A DNA stretch of 64,000 nucleotides, from the NCBI GenBank assembly GCA_963699755.1, contig CAVOVB010000001.1:448001-512000 (forward strand), written 5' to 3'. This document shows, piece by piece, positions 32,464 through 42,988 of the stretch. The notes below the pieces were generated by a model. That model did no database searches. It was not told the origin of the DNA and worked only from the letters and a program-made list of their open reading frames with translations. A program made the translations under genes and the position numbers. How positions within the stretch are numbered: the first letter of the stretch is position 1; every line of letters begins with the position of its first letter. Origin of the DNA: an uncultured delta proteobacterium (lineage in GTDB: Bacteria > Myxococcota_A > Polyangia > Polyangiales > Houyiibacteriaceae).

Positions 32464-33030
32464 ATGCGAATCGCCTCCACTGCCGTCCTCGTTGTTCTCT
32501 GCGTTTCTCTCGCGCTCGGTTGCCAACGCGGCAAGGAACAAGCCGTGTTCATCCAGCCGAATATGGTCCAAACGCGAAGCGATGCAGCCCCGGCCGATCC
32601 CTTCGGCTCGGCGAGCGACGCGTACGCAGCCTTGCGCGACGCCACGGACGCTGCGCTCGCGCTGCACTGGAGCGGAGCGCTCGAAGACTTCGCGCCATGG
32701 CTCGAAGCGCAAACCGTCGCGGTCGAACGGGCGCTCGCCTTGCTCAAGGCGCTTCGGCTGGGGCCGCTCGACGTGTACGCGGTCGCCAACGGACGGATCG
32801 CCATGGTGTACGACGGGATCGCGACCTCGCTGACCCAAGCTTCGAAAGAGGCCGAGCGGGCCGGTTTCGATGCCGACTGGAAGGACCAAGAAGAGCGCGT
32901 CTGGGAGCAGGCCAATGCATTCTGGGCCCGCTGTTCTCGCGGCTGCAGCGCGAGCGGAACCCACCTGGACGCCTGGGAATTGCGATGCCGCGCGGGACTG
33001 GCCAATAGCCAAGTAAAATCGACCCCTTAG
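32464..33030 (+). CDS. Helical hypothetical lipoprotein
   Basis: Lipobox ALGC; resembles 37638-38306. Confidence 0.65.
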   Translation: MRIASTAVLVVLCVSLALGCQRGKEQAVFIQPNMVQTRSDAAPADPFGSASDAYAALRDATDAALALHWSGALEDFAPWLEAQTVAVERALALLKALRLGPLDVYAVANGRIAMVYDGIATSLTQASKEAERAGFDADWKDQEERVWEQANAFWARCSRGCSASGTHLDAWELRCRAGLANSQVKSTP

Positions 33031-33084
33031 CCCAAAATCAAATCGCCTCGACAGCCCAAGTGAAACATGTTCTATTTCTTCCCT

Positions 33085-35010
33085 ATGGCGAAAAGGAAGA
33101 AAACACTGGCCCCGAAACCGGCTGATCCACCGCTCGTGCTCACCAGGAGCGAGCGCGAACGCTGGGACGATGAGGCCGACGTCGTCGTCGTCGGCTTTGG
33201 TGGTGCGGGGGCCTGCGCGGCACTCGAGGCGAACGCCGAAGGCGCCCGGGTGCTCGTCCTCGACCGCTTCCACGGAGGCGGCGCAACTGCGATTAGCGGC
33301 GGCGTGTTCTATGCCGGCGGCGGGACGCACATCCAAGAGGAAGCGGGCGTCACGGACGATGCCGACGAGATGTTTCGCTACCTTTCGCTCGAGGTGAAGG
33401 GCGTGGTGTCCGCAGAGACACTCCGCGACTTCTGCGACAAGAGCGTCGCCAACCTAGGCTGGCTCGAAGGGCACGGCGTGCCGTTCGAAGCCTCGCTCTG
33501 TCCACATAAGACGAGCTACCCGACCGATGACTACTATCTCTACTACTCGGGCAACGAGGGGTTCTCCCCTTACAAAGACGCGGCCAAGCCCGCACCACGC
33601 GGTCATCGCGCCAAGGGTGCCGGACTCCCGGGCGAAAGCTTCTACGAGCCGCTCCGCCAGTCGGCGCATCGCACAGGCATCAGGGTCGAGTACGAAACCC
33701 GGGTGACGCGGCTCATCGTCGACGGCAGGAACCAGGTCCTCGGTGTCGAGTACCGGCAAATCGAAAAGGGCCTCTGGAGCCAGCTCTACCGGAGGCTGCA
33801 CCAGGCGGGCATTGCCATCGTGAAATACCACCCGAAGACGGCGGCGAGCCTTCGCGAGCGCTGTTACAAAATCGAAGCCGAGCACTCCGTCGTCAGGCGG
33901 GCCCGCGCGGTCAAGGGCGTCGTCTTGGCTGCCGGTGGCTTCATCTACAACCGGCAGATGGTGAAGGAAATCGCCCCGAAATACCGCGCTGGAATGCCTC
34001 TTGGGACCAGCTCCGACAATGGCAGCGGCATCCTGCTCGGCAAGAGCGTCGGCGGGAAGACCGATCTGATGGAGCGGATCTCGGCCTGGCGCTTCATCAA
34101 CCCGCCCGAGGCCTTCGCCAAGGGCATGATCATCAACCAGCGCGGCGAGCGCTACATCAACGAGTTCATGTACGGCGCGGCGGTGGGCGAAGCGATGGTC
34201 GAACGGAACGACGGCGTCGCGCTGCTCATCATCGATGGCGAGCTCAAGAAACTCGCACGGAAGCAGTGCAAGCCAGGCAAGGCCCAATGGTTCCAGCGCG
34301 CGCCGGCGCTGCTGAACTTGTGGTTCAACAGCAAAGAGGCCAAATCGGTCGAAGAGCTCGCGAAGATCACGAAGGTTCCGGTCGAGACGCTTCGTCGGAC
34401 GCTCGACGAATACAACGACGCGGCGGACGGCAAGGTCGCGGACCGTTTCGGCAAAGACCCCGAGAAGATCCACGCCATGCGCAAGGGGCCTTACTTCGTC
34501 ATCGATGCCGGCATCAAGAGCAAGCGCTTCCCCTGCCCGACCCTGACCCTCGGTGGGCTCGTCGTCGACGAGCAAACCGGTCAGGTGAAGAGTGAAAACG
34601 GCGGCGTGATCCCCGGCTTGTACGCTGCCGGACGGAACGCGGTGGGCGTGTGCTCGCGACAGTACGTGAGCGGTCTGTCGATTGCAGACTGCGTATACTC
34701 GGGCCGACGCGCCGGGGGCGCGGCCGCGCGTGGCGAGGTGTACGCGGCCACCAAGAGCCCGGCAACTACCTCGGAATCGTCGCCCATCGAGGCCAAGGCG
34801 GCAGCAGACAATCCGCTCGAGGCTCTGCCGGTGCTCTGTGAGCGTCAGGTCTTCGATCCATCGCCGGAAGCCCATCAAACGCCGGCCCGGCACGCAAGAA
34901 AACATGGCCGCTACCCCCGTGAGGCGCTCAACCGGTCGATTCGCCGCCCCGGCAGCACCACGCGCTCGCCTGGATCGCCGCGCGGTCGTCTTTTGAAGCG
35001 CGCGCCCTGA
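33085..35010 (+). CDS. FAD-binding protein, 3-ketosteroid dehydrogenase-like
   Basis: VVGFGGAG, GGATAISGG, YYSGNE, TLGGL, GLYAAGR. Confidence 0.85.
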   Translation: MAKRKKTLAPKPADPPLVLTRSERERWDDEADVVVVGFGGAGACAALEANAEGARVLVLDRFHGGGATAISGGVFYAGGGTHIQEEAGVTDDADEMFRYLSLEVKGVVSAETLRDFCDKSVANLGWLEGHGVPFEASLCPHKTSYPTDDYYLYYSGNEGFSPYKDAAKPAPRGHRAKGAGLPGESFYEPLRQSAHRTGIRVEYETRVTRLIVDGRNQVLGVEYRQIEKGLWSQLYRRLHQAGIAIVKYHPKTAASLRERCYKIEAEHSVVRRARAVKGVVLAAGGFIYNRQMVKEIAPKYRAGMPLGTSSDNGSGILLGKSVGGKTDLMERISAWRFINPPEAFAKGMIINQRGERYINEFMYGAAVGEAMVERNDGVALLIIDGELKKLARKQCKPGKAQWFQRAPALLNLWFNSKEAKSVEELAKITKVPVETLRRTLDEYNDAADGKVADRFGKDPEKIHAMRKGPYFVIDAGIKSKRFPCPTLTLGGLVVDEQTGQVKSENGGVIPGLYAAGRNAVGVCSRQYVSGLSIADCVYSGRRAGGAAARGEVYAATKSPATTSESSPIEAKAAADNPLEALPVLCERQVFDPSPEAHQTPARHARKHGRYPREALNRSIRRPGSTTRSPGSPRGRLLKRAP

Positions 35011-35095
35011 GCCGCGACGGTGGGAAGGCCGGCGCTAGGTGCGGGCTCGCCTGGCTTGACGGCGACGCAGGCTGGCACAAAGGTGGCGAACTGCG

Positions 35096-35695
35096 ATGAC
35101 GGACAAGCTGAGCGACGAAGAAGCCAGGGAATGCGTTCGAAAGCTCCTCGCCTACATCGGCGATGACCCAGATCGCGAAGGTTTGCTGGACACCCCGAAG
35201 CGGGTGCTCGGCGCGCTCGAGGAGCAGTTTCGCGGTTACCACGAAGACCCAGTGGAACACCTCTCACGGACGTTCACCGAGGTCGAAGGCTACGACGAGC
35301 TCGTGTTGGTGAGCGACATCGAGATCTACAGCCACTGCGAGCATCACGTCGTGCCCTTCGTCGGCAAGGCACACGTGGCCTACATCCCGAACGGCAGGGT
35401 CGTTGGCCTGTCGAAGATCGCCCGTGTCGTCGACACCTTCGCGAAGCGCTTGCAAGTTCAAGAAAAGCTCACCGCGCAGATCGCCAACGCAATGGACGAG
35501 ACCCTCTCCCCCCAGGGCACAGCCGTCATCCTTCAATGCCAGCATTTCTGCATGTGTTACCGCGGCGTCCGCAAACCCGGCTCCTGGACGACCACCAGCC
35601 GCCTGACCGGCTGTTTCCTCAAGGACGAAGCCGCACGCATGGAGCTCCTGACCCTCGTCGGCATGCATCGATCGATCGGCGGCGCGGGCGCCTAG
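35096..35695 (+). CDS. folE: GTP cyclohydrolase I
   Basis: REGLLDTPKRV, SHCEHH, GLSK, RLQVQE, HFCM..RG. Confidence 0.95.
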   Translation: MTDKLSDEEARECVRKLLAYIGDDPDREGLLDTPKRVLGALEEQFRGYHEDPVEHLSRTFTEVEGYDELVLVSDIEIYSHCEHHVVPFVGKAHVAYIPNGRVVGLSKIARVVDTFAKRLQVQEKLTAQIANAMDETLSPQGTAVILQCQHFCMCYRGVRKPGSWTTTSRLTGCFLKDEAARMELLTLVGMHRSIGGAGA

Positions 35696-35762
35696 CCTGC
35701 TATTTGCCGGCGACCTCATCGGTGCTCTCGATCTCCAGGCCCGGCCGGCGTAAGCTAGCTTC

Positions 35763-37406
35763 ATGCATGAGCAGCACTACGACTGGGTGATCATCGGTTC
35801 GGGCTTCGGCGGAAGCGTCTCCGCGTATCGCCTGACACAGAAGGGGTACAGGGTCCTCGTCCTCGAGAAGGGGCGGCGCTTCGAGGACGAAGACTTCCCG
35901 AAGAACAACTGGGATCTGAAGCGCTGGATGTGGAACCCTTCGCTCGGCCTGAAGGGAATCTTCCAAATGTCTTTCATGAAGCACATGACCGTGCTTCACG
36001 GCGTGGGCGTCGGCGGCGGTTCGCTGGTGTATGCCAACACCTTGCCTACGCCGAAGTCGGCGTTCTTTCAGTCGGGGTCCTGGAGCAGTCTCGCCGACTG
36101 GGAATCTGAGCTCGCGCCGCACTACGCGACGGCCAAACGGATGCTCGGGGCTCAGCCGAATCCGGTCGTCACCAAGGGCGACCAAGTCGTGCGGGAGATT
36201 GCGCAGGACATCGGCCGCGAAGAGCACTTTCACCCGACGGAAGTCGCGGTGTACTTCGGGGAGCCCAACAAAAAGGTGCCCGACCCGTTTTTCGACGGCG
36301 AGGGGCCCGACCGCGTAGGCTGCAACTTCTGCGGCGCTTGCATGACCGGCTGCCGAATCGGGGCGAAGAACACGCTGGTCAAGAACTACCTGTACCTGGC
36401 CGAGAAGAACGGCGCCGAGGTGCTCCCCGAAACCCAGGTGACCGCCATTCGGCCGAACGAGGGCGGCGGCTACCGCGTCGAGACCCGGCCCACCTTTGGC
36501 AAGGGCGAGGGCCGCACCTTCACGGCCGACCGAGTCATCCTCTCGGGCGGCGTGATGGGCACGATGCCGCTCCTGCTGCAGATGAAGGAAGACCCGGACG
36601 GACTTCCCATGCTCTCCGACCGCGTCGGTGATTTCGTTCGCTCGAACAACGAGGCGCTCATCGCGGTCGTCTCGCCCAAGAAGGGCACGAACTTTTCGAA
36701 GGGCGTGGCGATTACCTCGATTTTGCACACCGATGAGCACAGCCACTTGGAGCCGGTTCGCTATGGCGCAGGGTCCGGGTTTTTCCGAACCTTGCTGGCG
36801 CCGCACGCGCCGGGGCCGACCGTGCTCTCCCGGATTTGGGGCGGCATCGCGGCCTTCATACGCCAGCCCGTTCGCTGGCTGCGGGCGCTCTTCGTGAGCG
36901 ACCTGGCCAAACATTCGCAGGTGCTGCTCTACATGCGGACGCTCGAAGGCACCCTGCGCATGAAGCTAGGGCGGGAGTGGCGAACCGGGTACCGACGCGC
37001 GCTCGTCACCGAGGTGGACGACCCGAGCCAGGCGCCTTCGGCGTTCATGGAGGAGGCGACCGACCTCGCCGAGCGCTTTGCCGACAAGGTCGAGGGGGTG
37101 ACGACAACGCTCATGACGGAAACGCTCTTGGGCGTGCCGTCGACCGCGCACATTCTCGGCGGCGCCTGCATGGGCGACTCCGTGGAGACGGGCGTCATCA
37201 ACGACAAGCACGAGGTGTTCAACTACCCGGGGCTCTATGTCATCGATGGTTCCGCAATTTCGGCAAACCCGGGCGTGAACCCTTCGCTGACGATCACGAC
37301 GCTTGCGGAACGCGCGATGAGCCTCATCGAGGCGAAGCATCGACCGGCGTCGCTCGAACCGTCGAACGAGAACGTGCGTTCGTCTGAAAACGTCGCACAC
37401 GTGTAA
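35763..37406 (+). CDS. GMC oxidoreductase, cholesterol oxidase (ChoD)-like
   Basis: GSGFGGSV, GVGGGSLVYANT, C..CG.CMTGC..GAKNTL, TAHILGG, NPGVNPSLTI. Confidence 0.85.
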   Translation: MHEQHYDWVIIGSGFGGSVSAYRLTQKGYRVLVLEKGRRFEDEDFPKNNWDLKRWMWNPSLGLKGIFQMSFMKHMTVLHGVGVGGGSLVYANTLPTPKSAFFQSGSWSSLADWESELAPHYATAKRMLGAQPNPVVTKGDQVVREIAQDIGREEHFHPTEVAVYFGEPNKKVPDPFFDGEGPDRVGCNFCGACMTGCRIGAKNTLVKNYLYLAEKNGAEVLPETQVTAIRPNEGGGYRVETRPTFGKGEGRTFTADRVILSGGVMGTMPLLLQMKEDPDGLPMLSDRVGDFVRSNNEALIAVVSPKKGTNFSKGVAITSILHTDEHSHLEPVRYGAGSGFFRTLLAPHAPGPTVLSRIWGGIAAFIRQPVRWLRALFVSDLAKHSQVLLYMRTLEGTLRMKLGREWRTGYRRALVTEVDDPSQAPSAFMEEATDLAERFADKVEGVTTTLMTETLLGVPSTAHILGGACMGDSVETGVINDKHEVFNYPGLYVIDGSAISANPGVNPSLTITTLAERAMSLIEAKHRPASLEPSNENVRSSENVAHV

Positions 37407-37422
37407 GGGTCAGAACCGGCAG

Positions 37423-37492
37423 GCGGCAGCGCGAGCCCGAAGGGCGAAGCCCGGCGCGAAGCGCCGGCAAGGCAGAGCGAAGCGAATGCCGC
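37423..37492. repeat. REP-like multi-hairpin element with GAA loops
   Basis: gccc-gaa-gggc and ccggcgc-gaa-gcgccgg enclosed by gcggca/tgccgc. Confidence 0.55.
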
Positions 37493-37505
37493 TCCAGGGA
37501 GGATT

Positions 37506-37565
37506 ACGGGTGGGGTGGGCGGGCGCTGTAGCTAAACCTGACCAGGCAACCCGCCCAAGACCCGT
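37506..37565. terminator. Long GC hairpin between convergent genes
   Basis: acgggt..tgggcggg pairs with cccgccca..acccgt; no clear U tract. Confidence 0.35.
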
Positions 37566-37637
37566 CCCCTAACATCCGCGGCAGCACAAGCCGAGCGGCG
37601 ACTCCCCCCAACACCCGCAGCCACAAAGGCGCTGCCT

Positions 37638-38306
37638 CTATCGTCCCGTCACCAACTGCGTCAACGTCGCTTCCGGCTCCACCGGCTCTGGGGGTTCGAG
37701 CTTGAAGGTGTCGACGACTTCGCCGCCGCGTTCGTCGCAGTAGTAGGCCCACTCGCCCCACTGCGGATCGTCTAGCTTGAGGAAGAGCGCCACGCAGGCG
37801 TAATAGGCGCGCGCGGAGAGCTCTGCGAAGGGCGTCAGGTGTTCGGTGAGCGCATTGGTGTAGATCTCGAGCAGCTCTTTGTCCTCTGCGATGTTCTCGG
37901 GGACAGGAGCGCCGCGGATACTGCCCGCCATGTCCTCGTACATGTAGCCGAAGAGCGCCGTTCCGATGCCGCGCTCGAAGAGCGAATGGGTGCGGAGAGC
38001 CTGCGTGGCCGCAAGCGCACGGTCGGTCGCCGCTTGGCGTCGAAGGATCCAATCGCGAAACGCGCCTTCGGCCCAAGTTTGAATGACCTCTTCAGTAGCG
38101 CCGTCCGGGGGCTCAGGCGGACGAACCGCCACCGCTTCTTCGACCCGGCGCCAGAGCTCCTGCAAGTCGGCGCTGAGCTCTTCGCGCGGATAGACAGGCT
38201 GGGGAACCGGTATCGGGCCCACCACGCCTTCCTGCGAGCCATCCGGAGTCTGCCGCCCGGCGCAGCCCATTCCAAAGGCCAAGACGAATAGAAGCCAACG
38301 CCGCAT
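37638..38306 (-). CDS. Helical hypothetical lipoprotein
   Basis: Lipobox GMGC; C-terminal C...W...C pattern shared with 32464-33030. Confidence 0.65.
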   Translation of the reverse strand: MRRWLLFVLAFGMGCAGRQTPDGSQEGVVGPIPVPQPVYPREELSADLQELWRRVEEAVAVRPPEPPDGATEEVIQTWAEGAFRDWILRRQAATDRALAATQALRTHSLFERGIGTALFGYMYEDMAGSIRGAPVPENIAEDKELLEIYTNALTEHLTPFAELSARAYYACVALFLKLDDPQWGEWAYYCDERGGEVVDTFKLEPPEPVEPEATLTQLVTGR

Positions 38307-38396
38307 GCGGCGACGTTAACAGGCGGAGATCGGCCGCGCGAATTTTGGGCGGAATGCCGGTTGACTTCGTCGCCCAGTTCGCAGTTCCATCGGTAA

Positions 38397-39173
38397 ATGG
38401 CCCCGTCACTAGTCGAGCTGACCGACGCCGCCAGCGTCGACCGCGCCGCCCGAGCCCTCTTCGGCAGCCCTCTCGAGGCGAGGCCGGCGGTTTCGCAAAG
38501 CTTTGCCGCCTGGCGCAGCGCCGAAGGGGAGCCTCTGACCTCGATCCTCATCAACGAGCACAGTCCGAAGAGCGAACTCGATCTCCTTGCCCTCCACATC
38601 GCGCGGGCGCGGTCCGATGCGATCGTCATCACGGGAAAGATCCTTCGGGAGGAGCCCATGCTCAGCTTTGACCTCCGCGCCGATCCGCGCTGGGGCGACG
38701 CGTTGGTAGACTGGCGGGAACGCCGCTGGGCGCTCTTCGAACCGCCTTGGCTGCTCATCCTGACGGGCCGCGGCGAGCTCGACTTCGACCACCCGGTCTT
38801 TCACGGATGGGCGAGGCCGCTCATCTTCACGAACGACCGCGCCGCAGCTCGCAAGCTCGCGGCCGCCCCCGTCCCCGTCGTCGCGGACGAAGCGCCCGAC
38901 ATCCGGCGTGCGATCCAGCACCTTCAGGTCACTCGGGGCTGCGAGTGCGTGTCCATCGAGGCGGGCCCTTCGACGGTTCGTGCGCTCTACGAACGTCCCA
39001 TGGCCATCAAAGAGCTGCTGCTGTCGGTCTACCTCGAGCCGACACTCGACGAACGGGCACAGGGAGCTCCGCTCATTTCGCTTTCCGAAGTTCGCGCGCT
39101 GTTCCGCACCGAGACCTGCACCGTCCATCGCGAAGAGGGACAGCATTGGAGCTTTCACAGGCTCCGGCGCTAG
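38397..39173 (+). CDS. RibD C-terminal (DHFR-like) domain protein
   Basis: RARSDAIVITGKILREEP, SIEAGPS. Confidence 0.75.
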   Translation: MAPSLVELTDAASVDRAARALFGSPLEARPAVSQSFAAWRSAEGEPLTSILINEHSPKSELDLLALHIARARSDAIVITGKILREEPMLSFDLRADPRWGDALVDWRERRWALFEPPWLLILTGRGELDFDHPVFHGWARPLIFTNDRAAARKLAAAPVPVVADEAPDIRRAIQHLQVTRGCECVSIEAGPSTVRALYERPMAIKELLLSVYLEPTLDERAQGAPLISLSEVRALFRTETCTVHREEGQHWSFHRLRR

Positions 39174-39212
39174 CGGGGCACGCCTTCGCGCACTAGCCTT
39201 GGCGCCTTCACC

Positions 39213-39890
39213 ATGCCGAACCTCTTCCAGCGAATCCCCCGAAACGCCTTCCTTCTCATCGCACTGTTGGCGCTAGTCGTCATGAGCCCGGCGGTGACGA
39301 AGAGCGGCTCGGCCTGGCTCCTCGAGTTGTTTTTCGATGCGATCCTTTTAACCGGCGTCCACTCGGTGGGCCCGGGGAAGCACCGATGGCCGTTCGTGGT
39401 CTTGACCGTCTTCACGCTCGGCGTTCGCTGGACCGAGCGCCTCTCCGGCGTTGTCGCGCTCGACGTGGGCGCCTTGGCCGTCACCGTGATTTGGCTGGCG
39501 TACGCCGTCTGGATCATCATCGCCCACTTGTTCCAGCGTCGAGACGTGAGCGTGGACACGCTCCTCGGGGCCATGGTGGCCTACCTCTTGGTGGCAGTCG
39601 CATTCACCCTGATGTTCGAAATCATCGAGCTTCGGCACCCAGGTTCGTTTTCCGGGCTTTCGCCGTCCGCTGGCGACGATCGACGAGAGCTGAGCAGCTC
39701 GATGGTGTACTTCAGCCTAGTTTGCATCACGACGATGGGATTCGGCGACATCGCGCCGGTTTCCCATCTTGCCCGCCCGCTCGCCGTACTCGAAGGGGTG
39801 TTCGGCCAGCTCTACCTCGCGGTGATGATTGCCAGGCTGGTCGGCCTGCACATTGCCGGCGGCGACAAGCAGGAGCCTAGGCAACGGTAG
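39213..39890 (+). CDS. Potassium channel-family membrane protein
   Basis: YFS...TTMGFGDIAP filter, GQLYLA...ARLV. Confidence 0.85.
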   Translation: MPNLFQRIPRNAFLLIALLALVVMSPAVTKSGSAWLLELFFDAILLTGVHSVGPGKHRWPFVVLTVFTLGVRWTERLSGVVALDVGALAVTVIWLAYAVWIIIAHLFQRRDVSVDTLLGAMVAYLLVAVAFTLMFEIIELRHPGSFSGLSPSAGDDRRELSSSMVYFSLVCITTMGFGDIAPVSHLARPLAVLEGVFGQLYLAVMIARLVGLHIAGGDKQEPRQR

Positions 39891-39916
39891 CCGGGTTGCT
39901 TCGGCGAAGTCGCGTT

Positions 39917-42900
39917 TTACGCGGGCGCAGGCGTCGTAGTTCGGTCGTCGCCCTTCTTTGCCTTGAACAAGATCGCGTAGAACGTGGGCACGACGATCAT
40001 GGTGAGCACGGTCGCCACCAGCAGACCGCCGACGATGGTGACCGCCATGGCGACGTAAAATGCGTCGGTGAAGAGAGGGATCATGCCGAGCACCGTCGTC
40101 GCCGCGGCCATCGCGACCGGGCGCAAACGGCTCACCCCGCTGTCGAGCACGGCGTCATAGGTCGGCTTCCCCTGGCGGACCTGCAGGTCCATTTCGTCGA
40201 CGAGCACGATCGCGTTCTTGATGAGCATCCCCGACAGGCTGAGGAAGCCGAGCAGCGCCATGAAGCCAAAGGGCTGTCGGAAAAGCAGAAGGCCCCCCGT
40301 GACGCCGATCAGCGCAAGCGGCACCGTGAGCCAAATGGCCAAGGGCTGGCGAATCGCGTTGAACAAGCCGACCACGATCAAGACCATGATGCCGAAAAAC
40401 AGGGGGATGGGCGCGAAGAGCGCGGCCTGCGCATCCTGGGTGCTCTCGTACTCGCCGCCCCATTCGACGTGATAACCGGGGGGAAACGGCAGGGCCTCGA
40501 TCTTCGGCGCGAGTCGGCCCCAGAGAGCCGGCGCCGAATCGTGCGTCGGGTCGGTCACCACCGTGAGGGTGCGCTTGCGGTTCCGGCGTTCGACGACCCG
40601 ATCGCTGAACTTCGTTTCGAGGCCGGTCACGACGTTCGCCATGGGAACGTAGCGCTGCGAGACGGGGCTCCAGATCGGGATCTGCGTCAGGTTCGACACG
40701 TCGAGCCGGAGCGGGGCCGGCTGCCGAAACACAACGGGAATGACTTCATCGCGCTCGCGGTAGACACCCACGCGCCGCCCTTCGAAGGTCGATTGAATCG
40801 CCTGAGCAACGGTGCGGGTCGTGATCCCCTGGGCATCGGCCTGCTCTTCGGAGAGCCGCGGGTGAATCACCTTGACGCGCTCGAACCAGCGCCCCCGAGA
40901 GCCCTTGGCATCGCCATCGGCTTCCATGATGGCGAGCGTCTGCTGCTCGAGGTCCCGGAGCACGTCGACGTCCGGGCCCACGAGCCGGGCTTCGATCTTG
41001 CCTGGCTTGCTCGGCCCCAAGTCGAAGGTTCGACCGAACGAGATCGCATCCGGGGCAACGCTTTGAACGTAGTCTTCCGCCCGTTTGATGTCCTCTGCGA
41101 GCGTCTGGTAGTTCTCGATGTCGACCAAAAACTGGGCGAAGCCGCTGTGCTCTTTTTCGGGCGTGAAGGTCAATATGAAGCGCAGTGGACCTTGACCGAT
41201 CGATGAGGCCACGTGAGTCACCCCCTCGAGCTCAGCCAGCCCCTTCTCGATGATGTCTACTCTGCTTTCGGTCACGTCGATGTCCTGATCGACCGGCCAG
41301 AAGACATCCAGCCGGAACTTGGGCGTCGTCGAAGCCGGGAAGAACGACTTGTCGGTGAACTGGAAGCCATAGACCGAGAGCGCGAAGACACCGGCGACCA
41401 CGGCGACGGTGACCCAGCGAAACTGAATACAAAGCGCGAGGAACGTCCGGTACCGCCTGTAGAAGGCGCTCTCCTCTGCGCCCTTGCTGTCGCGCAGCTC
41501 CTTCTCGGTCGGAGGCTTGAGGAACCAGATACCCAAGATCGGCGTGATGGTCATGGCCGTCACCCAGCTAAGCGAAAGCGCGATCCCAATCACGATGAAC
41601 AAGGACTGGCAGAACTCACCGGTGCTGTCGGGGGACAAGCCGATCGCCGCAAAGGCGATGATGGCCACTGCGGTTGCACCGAGCAGCGGCATCGATGTTT
41701 GACCCGCGACCTCGCGGGCTGCCTCCTCGGCGTCCATGCCGTCTTTGATGCGCACCAGCATGCCATCGATGATGACGATGGCGTTATCGACGAGCATCCC
41801 GAGCGCGATGATCAGCGCGCCAAGCGAAATACGCTCGAGGGCCACGCCGGCCGGTCCCATGAAGATGAACGTAGCAGCGATGGTGAGGACCAAGACGAAG
41901 CCGATGATCAAGCCGCTCCGGAGCCCCATGAACAGCAAGAGGACGACGATCACGATCAAGACCGCCTCGACGAGATTGATCAGGAAGGCATCGATCGCCG
42001 TGGTGACCATGTCGGACTGCATGTAGATGACCTCGAGCTCCATCCCGAGGGGGAACCGGCCCTCGAGCTCTTGGAGGCGCTGCTTGATGCCCTCGCCCAT
42101 GCTGACGACGTTCCCGCCCGTCTCGGTCGACACGCCAATGCCGATGGCCTTGTGTCCGTCCATGTGCAGCTTGCTGCGGGCTGGGTCTTTGTACCCACGC
42201 TTGATGTTCGCGATGTCGCGAAGCCGCGTCTGCGACTTGTCCCCTTGGCTGATGAGAATGTCCCCGAGGTCCTGCGAGGAGTGGATCAGCGAGTCGGGTT
42301 GGATGTTCAGGTGCTCTGGGCCAGCCTGCACTTTGCCTGCGTCGACGACAATGCCCTCGGCGACGAGCTGATTGGCAATGACCTCCGGCGAAATCCCGAT
42401 CTGCGAAAGTCGCTCTCGGTCAAACTCGATGTAGATGACTTCGGGGACCACACCAAAGAGCTCGACCTTCGCGACGTCTTTGACGAGGACGAGCTCCTTA
42501 CGCAGCATTTTCGCTACGTCGTAGAGCTCGCGATAGCTGTACTCGTCTCCATGGAGCGCGAAAAACACGCCGTAGACGTCCGAATAGTCGTCGTTCACCA
42601 CGGAGGGCCCGGCGCCGGGCGGCAAGTTGGCCTGGGCATCGCCTACTTTGCGCCGAAGCTCGTCCCAGACCTGAGGCAGCTCTTTACTCTTGACGGTCGA
42701 ACGCATCTCCACGGTGATGGTCGACATGCCCGGGACGTTCCGTGACTCGATTCGCTTGATCTTGCCGAGCTTTTGAATCGCGAGCTCGAGCTCGTCGCTC
42801 ACCTCTTCCTCGACCTCGTACGGCGTTGCGCCGGGGTACGGCGTGATGACCAGCGCCTCCTTGATGGTGAACTCGGGGTCTTCGAGCCGCGGCAGGCTGT

Positions 42901-42988
42901 TGAACGACTTGAAGCCGGCATAGAGCGCACCGAAGGTCAGAACGATGATCAGGGTGCGGTTTCGAAGCGAGAAATCGGTGAGATTCAT
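39917..42988 (-). CDS. RND efflux permease (AcrB family)
   Basis: 1023 aa, LGMLVDNAIV, SRLRP. Confidence 0.95.
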   Translation of the reverse strand: MNLTDFSLRNRTLIIVLTFGALYAGFKSFNSLPRLEDPEFTIKEALVITPYPGATPYEVEEEVSDELELAIQKLGKIKRIESRNVPGMSTITVEMRSTVKSKELPQVWDELRRKVGDAQANLPPGAGPSVVNDDYSDVYGVFFALHGDEYSYRELYDVAKMLRKELVLVKDVAKVELFGVVPEVIYIEFDRERLSQIGISPEVIANQLVAEGIVVDAGKVQAGPEHLNIQPDSLIHSSQDLGDILISQGDKSQTRLRDIANIKRGYKDPARSKLHMDGHKAIGIGVSTETGGNVVSMGEGIKQRLQELEGRFPLGMELEVIYMQSDMVTTAIDAFLINLVEAVLIVIVVLLLFMGLRSGLIIGFVLVLTIAATFIFMGPAGVALERISLGALIIALGMLVDNAIVIIDGMLVRIKDGMDAEEAAREVAGQTSMPLLGATAVAIIAFAAIGLSPDSTGEFCQSLFIVIGIALSLSWVTAMTITPILGIWFLKPPTEKELRDSKGAEESAFYRRYRTFLALCIQFRWVTVAVVAGVFALSVYGFQFTDKSFFPASTTPKFRLDVFWPVDQDIDVTESRVDIIEKGLAELEGVTHVASSIGQGPLRFILTFTPEKEHSGFAQFLVDIENYQTLAEDIKRAEDYVQSVAPDAISFGRTFDLGPSKPGKIEARLVGPDVDVLRDLEQQTLAIMEADGDAKGSRGRWFERVKVIHPRLSEEQADAQGITTRTVAQAIQSTFEGRRVGVYRERDEVIPVVFRQPAPLRLDVSNLTQIPIWSPVSQRYVPMANVVTGLETKFSDRVVERRNRKRTLTVVTDPTHDSAPALWGRLAPKIEALPFPPGYHVEWGGEYESTQDAQAALFAPIPLFFGIMVLIVVGLFNAIRQPLAIWLTVPLALIGVTGGLLLFRQPFGFMALLGFLSLSGMLIKNAIVLVDEMDLQVRQGKPTYDAVLDSGVSRLRPVAMAAATTVLGMIPLFTDAFYVAMAVTIVGGLLVATVLTMIVVPTFYAILFKAKKGDDRTTTPAPA

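Noticed and set aside
34800..35010. Possible structured RNA (6S/SRP) under the low-complexity tail of the flavoprotein
   Set aside because: Some pairing is possible, but I recognised no conserved 6S or SRP motif.
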